A stretch of DNA of 64,000 nt from Alphaproteobacteria bacterium UBA6149 (GTDB taxonomy: Bacteria; Pseudomonadota; Alphaproteobacteria; Rickettsiales; UBA998), in contig DIUV01000045.1 in NCBI GenBank assembly GCA_002423155.1, positions 3,276-67,275 on the forward strand, in the 5' to 3' direction. This document shows positions 28,527-38,182 of the stretch, piece by piece. Position numbers and translations under genes: made by a program. The stretch's first letter is position 1; every line of letters begins with the position of its first letter. Below the pieces are notes generated by a model that worked only from the letters and a program-made list of their open reading frames with translations, searched no databases and had not been told where the DNA came from.

Positions 28527-28649
28527 AAAATAATTATAAGAAAAGATTGACTTTTATATTCCCGACCATTAGAAGAAACCCTCTTTTAAAAGCTTAGAGC
28601 TTGTTAAAAAGTTCTTATTTTAAGAAATATTATTATTTTAAGAAATAAG

Positions 28650-28726
<77 letters not shown>

Positions 28727-28794
28727 TCCTTCGCTATGCGAGCTTCTGGTGGCGCAGCCATGCGAAACAACGAAGACGGGATTATAAAAAGCGT

Positions 28795-31170
28795 ATGAAA
28801 TATGCAAATATCCGCGAAGAAGAGCTGAAAAACAAAGTAGCTTACGACTACTTTAAGGGTTACGATTGCACAAAAATAGTTGGCAATGTGGATTTTTGCG
28901 TTTGCCCGTTACACCCTCATGGCGATTTTTTTGAACATGACGAATCCCTGCTCTGGGCAGAGGCTAAAAAAGGTGCTTCTGATATTTATAACTCCATCGT
29001 GCAATTGATACTTACCATTGGTAAAGCGCGCACCTTTGATAAATTTCTGCCACCGCCAATGCTAGGGGCGTTTGACGGTGAAAAAATCGCTTTTATACCC
29101 TACAGCGAAATTCACGAAATTTTTTACCAGAATGATTTTAACTGGAATGTGACGCCTTCTGACCACTCCACCAAAGAATTCAAGCTGGTGCATACCAAAG
29201 TAAAAGGTGCGATTGATAGCGGGGCTCTGCTTTTTCATTTTGATAAAGACGAAAAAGAACTAAAAAAATTCATTAAAACTAATTTTATCGCAGGGAAACA
29301 AGAACTCACCAAAACCAGAATTGATAAAAACAATTTCATGGTGATTTACAATAAATGGTTGCAGGCGGTGAAGCCAACCATCGCCGTGAATTGGGATTTC
29401 GCCAAGAAAACAGGCATTATTGATGGCGATTTTTACCTTGCGGATTTGCTCTCACAAGAAAACAAAACCATCAAAGAAAAACTTTTTGTATTGCTCAAAA
29501 ACGACCATTATGAGCTAGACCGAGAAGTGGATGCTGCGGGAATGTTTAGCCGTAAAAGTGCGGAATTCACCGACAAACAAACTGCCCATAAGCAATTTTG
29601 GAACAGGTACGACCGCCCACCCAAAGAGCAATATTGGGAATATATTATCGGGCGTAGGGATTTGCTGGTGCCGCAAGATGTGCGCGAGCGCAAGGGCAGC
29701 TTTTTCACGCCGCAAATTTGGGTGGAACTTTCGCAGAAATATCTCACCGACACACTGGGCGAAGATTGGCAGGATGAATATACCATCTGGGATTGTGCGG
29801 CGGGCACGGGCAATTTGCTGAGTGGGCTGACCAATAAATATACTATCTGGGCATCGACGCTCGATCAGCAGGATGTGGATGTGATGCACGACCGCATCAA
29901 AAACGGTGCCAACCTACTCGACAGCCATGTGTTTCAGTTTGATTTCCTCAATGATGATTTTTCCAAGCTGCCAGCCCCATTGCAGGAAATCATCAACGAC
30001 ACCGAAAAACGCAAGAAACTGGTGATTTATATCAATCCGCCTTATAAAAGGGGGCTTGGAGTAGCAAATACAAGATGGCATAAAGATGAGTTAGGTGAAG
30101 CAAAAGACGAGTTATACATTCAATTTATTTATCGTATTTACAAAGAAGTTCATGGAAGTAAAATCGGTGTTTTTTCTAAGCTAAAATTGTTAAATGCTCC
30201 TGATTTTTCAACCATGAGAAGTATTTTTAATGCAAAACTTGAACGGCTTTTCGTTGTACCTGCAAATACATTTGATAATGTAAAAGGTAAGTTTCCTATA
30301 GGGTTTCAAATTTATGATACGAGCAAATATGAAACTTTCCAATCTATTGATGCAGATGTTTTTGATGCCTATCAAACTTTTTTAGGCACAAAAAAGTTTT
30401 CAACTTATGATAATTCTGTTTTCCTGAATAAGTGGCTTGCTACATTCAAAGATAAAGAACTGCCTATTGCCAAGTTGATTTACAATAGTAACGATTTTCA
30501 ACATCAGAATCGTATTAGAATTACTCATCAAGATGAGAAAGTTTTGGGAGGCGATGGAAAATTCTCAGTTTCTAAATCAAATCTTATAATTGCAAGTATC
30601 TATTTATCCGTTCGCCATGCAATAGATGCTACTTGGTTGAATGACCGCGATCAGTTTTTATATCCGAATGACGGCTGGAAAAGCGACACCGAATTTCAAA
30701 ATAACTGCCTCACCTTCACTTTGTTTAGCAACAATATTCAATCGCAATTTGGCGTAAATCACTGGATTCCCTTTACGGAAGATGAGGTGAAGGCGCGGGA
30801 GAAATTTGAGAGCAACTTTATGAGCAAGTTCATCAGCGGAAAACTAAAAACCGAAGCTCCAGCTCAAATCGATGCTTTTGCCACTACAAAAGAGCGCACC
30901 ACGCCACTGACATTTTCCGCCGAGGCACAAGCCGTTTTTAAGGCAGGGCACGAGCTTTATACCTATTACCACCAGCAACCGAAATGCAATGTCAACGCCA
31001 GCCTTTATGACATAAGGGAAAATTTCCAAGGCAGAAATGCAGCTGGCAGAATGAATAATATAAGTGATGATGAGGCGTATAGCTTCTTAATCAAAAACTT
31101 GCGCGACAAACTAAAAATATTACAAAAAACCATAGAACCAAAAATATATGAATATGAATTCTTGAAATAA
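28795..31170 (+). CDS. Single-polypeptide restriction-modification-like enzyme (N-terminal PD-ExK-like motif, gamma-class N6-adenine methyltransferase, C-terminal putative target-recognition region)
   Basis: D44-X11-E56-A-K58 (GDFFEHDESLLWAEAKK), the FFTPQ motif, SAM motif I WDCAAGTGNLL (29791-), and catalytic motif IV NPPY (30034-30045). 791 aa. No separate R or S gene is adjacent. Confidence 0.6.
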   Translation: MKYANIREEELKNKVAYDYFKGYDCTKIVGNVDFCVCPLHPHGDFFEHDESLLWAEAKKGASDIYNSIVQLILTIGKARTFDKFLPPPMLGAFDGEKIAFIPYSEIHEIFYQNDFNWNVTPSDHSTKEFKLVHTKVKGAIDSGALLFHFDKDEKELKKFIKTNFIAGKQELTKTRIDKNNFMVIYNKWLQAVKPTIAVNWDFAKKTGIIDGDFYLADLLSQENKTIKEKLFVLLKNDHYELDREVDAAGMFSRKSAEFTDKQTAHKQFWNRYDRPPKEQYWEYIIGRRDLLVPQDVRERKGSFFTPQIWVELSQKYLTDTLGEDWQDEYTIWDCAAGTGNLLSGLTNKYTIWASTLDQQDVDVMHDRIKNGANLLDSHVFQFDFLNDDFSKLPAPLQEIINDTEKRKKLVIYINPPYKRGLGVANTRWHKDELGEAKDELYIQFIYRIYKEVHGSKIGVFSKLKLLNAPDFSTMRSIFNAKLERLFVVPANTFDNVKGKFPIGFQIYDTSKYETFQSIDADVFDAYQTFLGTKKFSTYDNSVFLNKWLATFKDKELPIAKLIYNSNDFQHQNRIRITHQDEKVLGGDGKFSVSKSNLIIASIYLSVRHAIDATWLNDRDQFLYPNDGWKSDTEFQNNCLTFTLFSNNIQSQFGVNHWIPFTEDEVKAREKFESNFMSKFISGKLKTEAPAQIDAFATTKERTTPLTFSAEAQAVFKAGHELYTYYHQQPKCNVNASLYDIRENFQGRNAAGRMNNISDDEAYSFLIKNLRDKLKILQKTIEPKIYEYEFLK

Positions 31171-31264
31171 ATTTTTTACCTAGAACTATAAAACCTCTAA
31201 AGACAAGCTCACCATATTTAAAAATTAAGTTGCCACTCATAAAAACGGCACCTACAATCCTCCG

Positions 31265-32764
31265 ATGAGCACTAACTTCCACTCCCTGCGCGATTTTCTC
31301 ACCCATCTTGAAAAAGAAGGCGAGCTAGTACGTGTAAAAACTCCCGTTTCCACCTATTTAGAACTAACCGAAATTCAAACCAGGCTGCTTGCCGAGCAAG
31401 GACCAGCAGTATTATTTGAAAATATTATTGGCAACCCCACTCCCGTATTAGTAAATCTCTTCGGCACCGTAAAACGCGTCGCCATGGCAATTGGCAAGCG
31501 CCCCGAAGAATTACGTGAAGTGGGCGAGGCACTGGCATTTTTGCGCCAGCCTTCCCCACCCAAGGGCTTAAAAGAAATGTGGGAGATGCTGCCATTAGTA
31601 AAACAAGCACTGGCAATGCGCCCCAAGACCATAAAATCCGCTCCCTGTCAGGAAATCATCTGGCAAGGTGAAGAAATTGATTTAGGCAAATTACCCATTC
31701 AAACTTGCTGGCCGGGAGAACCTGCGCCCTTAATTAGCTGGCCATTAGTGGTCACCAAAGGTCCTACTAGTTCAGAGGAAGATAATTTTAATCTTGGCAT
31801 TTACCGCATGCAGGTTACCGGCAAAAACACCACGCTTATGCGCTGGTTAAAACATCGCGGCGGCGCCTTGCAGCATCAGCGCTGGGCAGAAACCAAACCC
31901 GAGCCTTTTCCTGCCGCAGTAGTCATCGGCGCGGATCCTGCCACTATATTAGCCGCAGTAACTCCCGTGCCCGAAACGCTTTCCGAATATCAATTCGCAG
32001 GGCTACTTAGCGGAAAATCCGTCGAGCTAGTAAATTGCAAAACCATCCCCCTAAAAGTCCCCGCCAGTGCTGAAATCGTGCTAGAAGGTTATGTAAGTCT
32101 GGATGAATATGCTGATGAGGGCCCTTATGGTGACCATACGGGTTATTATAACTCGGTAGAGCAATTCCCCATATTCACCATCACCGCCATCACCATGCGC
32201 AAAAACCCTATTTATATGTCCACCTTCACCGGCAGACCGCCCGATGAACCATCCATATTGGGAGAGGCATTGAACGAAGTTTTTATTCCGCTCATCCAAC
32301 AACAATTCCCCGAAATAGTTGATTTCTGGCTACCCCCCGAAGGCTGCTCTTACCGCGTGGCAGTAGTTAGCATAAAAAAAGCATATCCAGGGCACGCACG
32401 TCGGGTGATGATGGGCGTGTGGTCTTATCTGCGCCAATTTATGTACACCAAATTCGTAATCATCGTCGATGAGGACATCAACGCAAGGGATTGGAAAGAA
32501 GTTATCTGGGCAATCTCCACTCGCATGGACCCAGTGCGCGATATTATGTTAGTCGAAAACACCCCCATAGACTATCTCGACTTCGCCTCCCCCATATCTG
32601 GCTTAGGCGGAAAAATGGGCATGGATGCTACGAATAAGTTTACAGGTGAAAGCAACCGCGAATGGGGAAAACAAATCCGCATGGATGATGAGGTGATTGC
32701 GGAAGTTACCAAAAAATGGGCAGAATATGGGCTGCCGTGTAGTGGCAAGCCTATTTGGAAGTGA
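31265..32764 (+). CDS. ubiD: 4-hydroxy-3-polyprenylbenzoate decarboxylase (UbiD family)
   Basis: 499 aa with a characteristic N-terminus ([30 protein letters not shown]) and [10 protein letters not shown]. Confidence 0.9.
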   Translation: MSTNFHSLRDFLTHLEKEGELVRVKTPVSTYLELTEIQTRLLAEQGPAVLFENIIGNPTPVLVNLFGTVKRVAMAIGKRPEELREVGEALAFLRQPSPPKGLKEMWEMLPLVKQALAMRPKTIKSAPCQEIIWQGEEIDLGKLPIQTCWPGEPAPLISWPLVVTKGPTSSEEDNFNLGIYRMQVTGKNTTLMRWLKHRGGALQHQRWAETKPEPFPAAVVIGADPATILAAVTPVPETLSEYQFAGLLSGKSVELVNCKTIPLKVPASAEIVLEGYVSLDEYADEGPYGDHTGYYNSVEQFPIFTITAITMRKNPIYMSTFTGRPPDEPSILGEALNEVFIPLIQQQFPEIVDFWLPPEGCSYRVAVVSIKKAYPGHARRVMMGVWSYLRQFMYTKFVIIVDEDINARDWKEVIWAISTRMDPVRDIMLVENTPIDYLDFASPISGLGGKMGMDATNKFTGESNREWGKQIRMDDEVIAEVTKKWAEYGLPCSGKPIWK

Positions 32765-32832
32765 TTTTTACTATTATCTGACCACCCAACAGATTATTAT
32801 TTACCCAATAAATAGCCAAAAACAAGGACTAA

Positions 32833-32857
32833 CCCCCTCTCCCTCTGGAAGAGGGGG
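32833..32857. repeat. Half copy of the family-A element forming a GC hairpin between convergent ubiD and lipA
   Basis: ccccctc-tccctctggaa-gaggggg. The sequence matches one arm of family A. It could serve as a terminator, but there is no U-tract. Confidence 0.6.
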
Positions 32858-32862
32858 AACTG

Positions 32863-33786
32863 CTAAATATTCGCCAATCTTGCTGCGCGCATTTTCTCAA
32901 AATCATCACCTGCATGATAAGACGAACGCGTCAATGGTGAGGCGGATACCATTAAAAATCCCTTCGCATAAGCCATGCGTGTATAATATTCAAACTCTTC
33001 GGGGTCCACATAGCGATCTATCGGCGCGTGTTTGGGAGTGGGTTGTAGATATTGCCCAATGGTGATGAAATCTACATCGGCGGAGCGTAAATCATCCATC
33101 ACTTGCAAGACCTCGTCCTTATCTTCGCCCAAACCAACCATTATGCCCGACTTGGTAAATATCGTGGCATCTGCTTCTTTGACTTGTTTAAGCAAGTGTA
33201 AGGATTGGAAATAACGTGCTCCCGGGCGGATGGATTTATATAATCTCGGTACCGTTTCGATATTATGATTAAATACGTCAGGTTTCGCTTCTACAACTTT
33301 TTTGAATACGCCGTCTTTGCGTAAGAAATCAGGGGTTAGTACTTCGATAGTAGTATTAGGGGAAGAGGAGCGAATAGCAGTGATGGTTGCGGCGAAGTGC
33401 CCTGCTCCACCATCTTCCAAATCATCGCGGTCAACCGAAGTGATAACTACATGCGCCAGCCCCATGCCACCCACGGCACGGGCAACATTTTCAGGCTCAT
33501 GCGGGTCTAATTTGTCAGGCACGCCTGTTTCTACGTTACAAAAAGCGCAAGCTCTTGTGCAAATACTGCCGAGAATCATCACGGTTGCGTGTTTTTTCTT
33601 CCAGCACTCACCAATATTGGGACATGCGGCTTCTTCGCAAACCGTATTGAGCTTCAAATCACGCATAAGCTGGCGAGTTTCATTATATTCTTTAGAAACA
33701 GGCGCTTTTACACGTATCCACTCTGGTCTTTGCAGGTTTTTGCTTTCCAGATTTTTGATATATTGAGTGTTGGGCATAATAGGCAT
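32863..33786 (-). CDS. lipA: Lipoyl synthase
   Basis: The radical-SAM clusters are [12 protein letters not shown] and [10 protein letters not shown]. 307 aa. Confidence 0.93.
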   Translation of the reverse strand: MPIMPNTQYIKNLESKNLQRPEWIRVKAPVSKEYNETRQLMRDLKLNTVCEEAACPNIGECWKKKHATVMILGSICTRACAFCNVETGVPDKLDPHEPENVARAVGGMGLAHVVITSVDRDDLEDGGAGHFAATITAIRSSSPNTTIEVLTPDFLRKDGVFKKVVEAKPDVFNHNIETVPRLYKSIRPGARYFQSLHLLKQVKEADATIFTKSGIMVGLGEDKDEVLQVMDDLRSADVDFITIGQYLQPTPKHAPIDRYVDPEEFEYYTRMAYAKGFLMVSASPLTRSSYHAGDDFEKMRAARLANI

Positions 33787-33827
33787 ATATAGTGCTTCTA
33801 CTTAAAAATTACTTAAAAATCAGAAGC

Positions 33828-33944
33828 ACTATAGGCTTGCCCTCTATAATTTGAGTTTAAGCTGGCAAGCCCGCGCCTCGTGGCCGTTAAGCCTTAGTTG
33901 CGTCTGAACGTTAACTTTTATTTTGGCACAAAATAAAAGTTAAT
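33828..33944 (+). repeat. Family-C composite repeat (copy C2)
   Basis: actatagg-[ggcttgcc...ggcaagcc hairpin]-cgcgcctcgtggccgttaagccttagttgcgtctgaacg, followed by a 14-bp AT palindrome (ttaacttttatttt / aaaataaaagttaa). Confidence 0.75.
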
Positions 33945-34028
33945 ATACACTATATGATATTTTTAGTTGCACTTTTCAAGCAAATAGATTAAAAATTCGC
34001 TCTTTTATAATTCCAAGGGGTACTCCGC

Positions 34029-34412
34029 ATGGCTCGCGTCACAGTCGAAGATTGTATTGAAAATGTTACTAACCGTTTTGAATTGGTAATTCTTGCCGCT
34101 ATGCGTGCTAAGCAGATTTCCGCTGGCGCACCACTTACCGTAGAACGTGACAATGATAAAGACGGCGTAGTTGCCTTGCGTGAAATCGCCGAGAAAACTG
34201 TCAGCCAAGATGAACTACGTGAATCAGCCGTACAGGGCTATTGCCGCCGCAATAATGTGGAAGATTTTGAAGCCGCTCCATTTGGTGAAGAAATGAACGA
34301 ACAATTTGCCGAACAAGTGCGCTTAGATATGGAAGCGAATATGAGCAAAAATATCCGCAGCGAAGATGATGATGATGGCTTCGCGTTTGAAGATGAAGAA
34401 ACTGAAGATTAG
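34029..34412 (+). CDS. rpoZ: RNA polymerase omega subunit
   Basis: [30 protein letters not shown], with an acidic C-terminal tail. Confidence 0.92.
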   Translation: MARVTVEDCIENVTNRFELVILAAMRAKQISAGAPLTVERDNDKDGVVALREIAEKTVSQDELRESAVQGYCRRNNVEDFEAAPFGEEMNEQFAEQVRLDMEANMSKNIRSEDDDDGFAFEDEETED

Positions 34413-34430
34413 TTTTTACCAGCTACTAAA

Positions 34431-34466
34431 AAGGTTCGCTCCGCATTGGAAGCGAACCTTTTTTTA
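34431..34466. terminator. Bidirectional Rho-independent terminator between rpoZ and ftsA
   Basis: A 10-bp perfect stem (aaggttcgct / agcgaacctt), followed by ttttttt on the plus strand and by a T-run on the minus strand. Confidence 0.75.
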
Positions 34467-34476
34467 TGCCTAAAAA

Positions 34477-35751
34477 TCAAAAATTCTCGCGCATCCAATT
34501 CATCAATTTATGCGTGCGGCTAGACAAAGCCGAAGGCTGACGAATGGCTTGAAATAAAGTATCTTCCAATGGGCGATTAGTAGCGTAAGTTAACATTCCT
34601 ACCGTAGCCGAAAAAGCGGGTCCGCTTACAGAATCTGCCAAACCATTGACTAAATGTGGTTTAGCAATGCGCACTTGCTTGTTTAAAATCCGCGTTACCA
34701 ACTCACGCAGACCGATTAATTGGCAAGCACCACCTGTTAGTACCACATTACGCCCAGCCTTAGAAAGCATTCCGCTCATCTCTAAACGTTCGCGGAGAAT
34801 TTCAAATATTTCCTCCAAACGGGGGCGGATTATACCGATGAGCATCGCTCTGGGTACTAAATTAGCCTCTTCACTATGCTCATCTTCGCCCAATAATGGT
34901 ACTTCTACCATTGCTTGATTATCTTGTGAGAGGGCAATTGCACTACCATGTAGTACTTTTAGGCGTTCCGCATGTGCCATGGAGGTGGAAAGTCCCCGCG
35001 CAATATCGCTGGTTACATGTTGACCGCCAATGGGAATAACGTCTGAATAAATATTCATTCCGCCCAAAAACACCGAGAAACTGGTTTCCCCTGCTCCCAT
35101 ATTGACTAACACTACCCCTAAATCCATTTCGTCAGCATCCAAAACGCCCAAAGCAGCAGCGTGGGATCCGACTATAAATTCTGAAACATTCAGGTGACAA
35201 CGCCCAATACAACCAGCCAAATTACGAATTTTTACATTATCAGCAGTAATTAAATGTAAATTAGCGGCTAATCTCTGCCCGAACATGTGCCGAGGATCAC
35301 GAATTCCGCGTGCGCCGTCAATTTCATAACCCGCGGCAAAACAATGAATAATACTTCGTTCTTTACTCTGAACGGAATTACAACCTTCACGCAATATATC
35401 GGCAATGTCGCGCTCGCTCACGCCCTCACCCGCTACGCGTAACTCTACTGATACATTATGAGAGCGCAAATGAGAGCCTGAAATGCTCACCACTACATTT
35501 TCGACCGTATTTCCTTCACCTGCCATTTGTTCTGCCGCATGCACCGCAGAAATAATCGAACTTTCTGCTTCGTGCGAGTCGGTAATCATCCCTCCACGAA
35601 TGCCTTTTGCCAAATGATGACCAATGCCCTTAATCTGGATATTTCCCTCTGCATTTGGCTGAGCAATAAAGCATGCAACTTTATTGGTGCCAATATCCAA
35701 CACCGCCAAACTATTTTTTTTACCCTTAATTGCGTAGTTGGGAAATCCCAC
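34477..35751 (-). CDS. ftsA: Cell division protein FtsA
   Basis: 424 aa with the actin-like fold pattern (LAVLDIGTNKVACFIA, VLVNMGAGETSFSVF, VVLTGGACQLIGL). It follows ftsQ. Confidence 0.92.
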   Translation of the reverse strand: MGFPNYAIKGKKNSLAVLDIGTNKVACFIAQPNAEGNIQIKGIGHHLAKGIRGGMITDSHEAESSIISAVHAAEQMAGEGNTVENVVVSISGSHLRSHNVSVELRVAGEGVSERDIADILREGCNSVQSKERSIIHCFAAGYEIDGARGIRDPRHMFGQRLAANLHLITADNVKIRNLAGCIGRCHLNVSEFIVGSHAAALGVLDADEMDLGVVLVNMGAGETSFSVFLGGMNIYSDVIPIGGQHVTSDIARGLSTSMAHAERLKVLHGSAIALSQDNQAMVEVPLLGEDEHSEEANLVPRAMLIGIIRPRLEEIFEILRERLEMSGMLSKAGRNVVLTGGACQLIGLRELVTRILNKQVRIAKPHLVNGLADSVSGPAFSATVGMLTYATNRPLEDTLFQAIRQPSALSSRTHKLMNWMRENF

Positions 35752-35753
35752 GT

Positions 35754-36656
35754 TTAAGTTTCCTTTACTGAGTTTTTAGATGGCTTCTTTGGTGGCTGCG
35801 GAACTATTTCAGGAAGCAGCCGCAAGAATACCTTACCTTCTAAACGCAAATCAATCGCTAATATAGGTTTTTCTAATACATCTCGCTCTTGTTGCAATTG
35901 TGCCAGATGTTTCCACGCATTTTGAGGATTATCCTCGGGTAACATAATATTTACATTGTTCTTTAGGCGAATATTCCACCTACGATTACCCACCCAGGTT
36001 GCGGTTGTCACTTGCATAGCAATATTGTTATCTTGGCTGGCTTGACCATTGGTGGATTTACCAACTTGCTCCAACAAAGCAAGTAGCTCCTTAGTATGCG
36101 CCAATGCGCCCTCTCCGCTCATAATCAATAAATTCGGATAATCTTTGGCATTAGCATCTTCCATTACGGCACCTTCGGCATCGACCACATAACGCTTGCC
36201 TTCAGATTGCCAGACTATGGCAGGAAAACGCTCTTCTAAGCGAATATGCAAAGTATTGGGCAATATTCTATCCACCGAGGCAGTGCGCACCGTGCTTATT
36301 TCCTCTAATTTACTCTGCACCTCACGAGGAGATATAGACAAAATTGGAGTTCCCATAGATAAATTAAGAGTTTGCAAGACCATTTCTTTAGAAGTACGCA
36401 CTCTCCCCTCAACATATAGATGCTCAAAGCGCAAACCAGTACGCGCGGATAATTTTAAGCTATTATCCGCAACCACCTGACCAGCACTTTCCAAAAGCCC
36501 CGAACGATAAAGCTGCCAACCGCCGCCACCCACAGCAAAAGAAGCGGCAATCAACATTCCTATGCTGGCACGACGCACCAAGACCTCTCGACGCTTTTGA
36601 CGTGCGCGATCTTTGGATATTTTTTGAGAATTTTCCTGACGCTGCGTTGGTTTCAT
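35754..36656 (-). CDS. ftsQ: Cell division protein FtsQ
   Basis: An N-terminal basic tail and a TM helix, then POTRA-like and FtsQ-type regions. It lies between ddl and ftsA. Confidence 0.85.
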   Translation of the reverse strand: MKPTQRQENSQKISKDRARQKRREVLVRRASIGMLIAASFAVGGGGWQLYRSGLLESAGQVVADNSLKLSARTGLRFEHLYVEGRVRTSKEMVLQTLNLSMGTPILSISPREVQSKLEEISTVRTASVDRILPNTLHIRLEERFPAIVWQSEGKRYVVDAEGAVMEDANAKDYPNLLIMSGEGALAHTKELLALLEQVGKSTNGQASQDNNIAMQVTTATWVGNRRWNIRLKNNVNIMLPEDNPQNAWKHLAQLQQERDVLEKPILAIDLRLEGKVFLRLLPEIVPQPPKKPSKNSVKET

Positions 36657-36722
36657 TATTGATTACCAAGTTTTAGGCTCATTGCCAGTTCGTTATTACC
36701 AAGTACAGTTAAAATATAATAA

Positions 36723-37610
36723 CTAGCAATTAGCAACTAACTTTTCTATTAAACTTACAAAATCTATACCTACATAAGCAGCAATTTCTGGAGCGAGTGA
36801 CAAAGGTGTCATCCCCGGTTGAGTATTTACTTCTAAAATATAAAATAACCCTTCCCCCAGACTAGTATCGTCATAACGAAAATCTGCACGCGTTAATCCT
36901 GAACAACCCAATGCTTTATGCGCACGCTCGGCTAATTCCATAACTTCCGCATATTCATGAGCTGGTAAGGGTGCGGGCATAATATGCGTGGCTTTTCCTA
37001 CGGTGTATTTCGCTTCATAATCATAAAAACCTGCTTCGGGGCACATTTCTACTACCCCCAGAGCCTTACCATTTAGCACGGCTACTGATACTTCACGTCC
37101 AGGGATATATTCTTCCACCAGCAAGCGTGGACAATCTGCTTTCCAACCAACAAAATCAGCAGTAGAAAAAGCAATTTTTACTCCCACGCTGGAGCCTTCA
37201 TTGGCTGGTTTTACAACCAATGGAAAATTTATTACCGATTGACTTAATATGTCTTTTTCATCTAACTCAATTCCTTTAGCGCAACGAATTCCAGCAGATT
37301 CAAATAATTTCTTCGCCATGGGCTTATCCATCGCCAAAGCAGATGCCAAAACTCCCGAATGAGTATAAGGAATACCCAACATTTCCAACACCCCCTGCAC
37401 GCAACCATCCTCCCCATAGCGTCCATGCAGGGCATTAAATACTAAATCTGGCTTTAAATTAGCCAATATCTGCGCAATATCCCGCCCAACATCTACTTGC
37501 GTAACTTTATGCCCCAGCGTTTCTAACGCCTTCACCACTGCCGCACCAGAAGAAAGCGAAACTTCACGCTCGGCGGATAATCCCCCCATTAATACAGCTA
37601 TATGCTTCAT
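36723..37610 (-). CDS. ddl: D-alanine--D-alanine ligase
   Basis: IAVLMGGLSAEREVSLSSG, LHGRYGEDGCVQGVLE, EVNTQPGMTPLSL. Confidence 0.93.
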   Translation of the reverse strand: MKHIAVLMGGLSAEREVSLSSGAAVVKALETLGHKVTQVDVGRDIAQILANLKPDLVFNALHGRYGEDGCVQGVLEMLGIPYTHSGVLASALAMDKPMAKKLFESAGIRCAKGIELDEKDILSQSVINFPLVVKPANEGSSVGVKIAFSTADFVGWKADCPRLLVEEYIPGREVSVAVLNGKALGVVEMCPEAGFYDYEAKYTVGKATHIMPAPLPAHEYAEVMELAERAHKALGCSGLTRADFRYDDTSLGEGLFYILEVNTQPGMTPLSLAPEIAAYVGIDFVSLIEKLVANC

Positions 37611-37728
37611 TTTTACTCAACCCTTTGACTTGTATTTATCCACCAAGTTTAGGAATATCCGCTTAATATTGCAAATACAATTAGCTTATGTTACAATTAA
37701 GAAGTCAGTTAATGTATGGGATACAAAA

Positions 37729-38052
37729 ATGAGCGCAATTACTTTTGATTCTTTAGAATTTGTAAAAACCATAGAAAGCTCTGGCGTTGAACGCAAACAG
37801 GCAGAAGCTTTTGCGAAAGCCGTTTCAACTATTAGGCTGGACGCTGATGCTTTTGCTAGTAAGGAAGAATTTCAAAAACATGAGCGAGAAATCACCAATA
37901 TTCACCATGAAATCACAATAATACAAAAAGATATAGCGGATATAAAAAACAACATGGCAACTAAAGCAGACCTAAAAGACATGCAGATAAAAACTGGCGC
38001 GATGATTATGGCGCTGGGCGGTTTTCTCGTGGCGATTAAATATTTAGGATAA
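37729..38052 (+). CDS. DUF1640-like coiled-coil protein with C-terminal TM helix
   Basis: MSAITFDSLEFVKTIESSGVERKQAEAFAKAV...ATKADLKDMQIKTGAMIMALGGFLVAIKYLG matches my recollection of the DUF1640 pattern. Start chosen at the ATG at 37729. Confidence 0.6.
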   Translation: MSAITFDSLEFVKTIESSGVERKQAEAFAKAVSTIRLDADAFASKEEFQKHEREITNIHHEITIIQKDIADIKNNMATKADLKDMQIKTGAMIMALGGFLVAIKYLG

Positions 38053-38182
38053 AGCAACCTACCCTCCGACCACCCAAATAACCACCCCCTGAATTTTTCC
38101 TGAAAAAACTAAATATAGTAGTGGAAAACTGCGTTATAAGCATATATTATCTCTTCAAATATCTGCATAGAGGAGACATCGT

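Noticed and set aside
28727-31264. Looked for a direct repeat of the tRNA-Ile 3' end and for an integrase that would define the RM-like gene as a tRNA-integrated islet.
   Set aside because: No copy of the tRNA 3' sequence (ctccctgacccacca) is visible downstream of the gene, and no integrase or recombinase ORF is present. Only adjacency remains.
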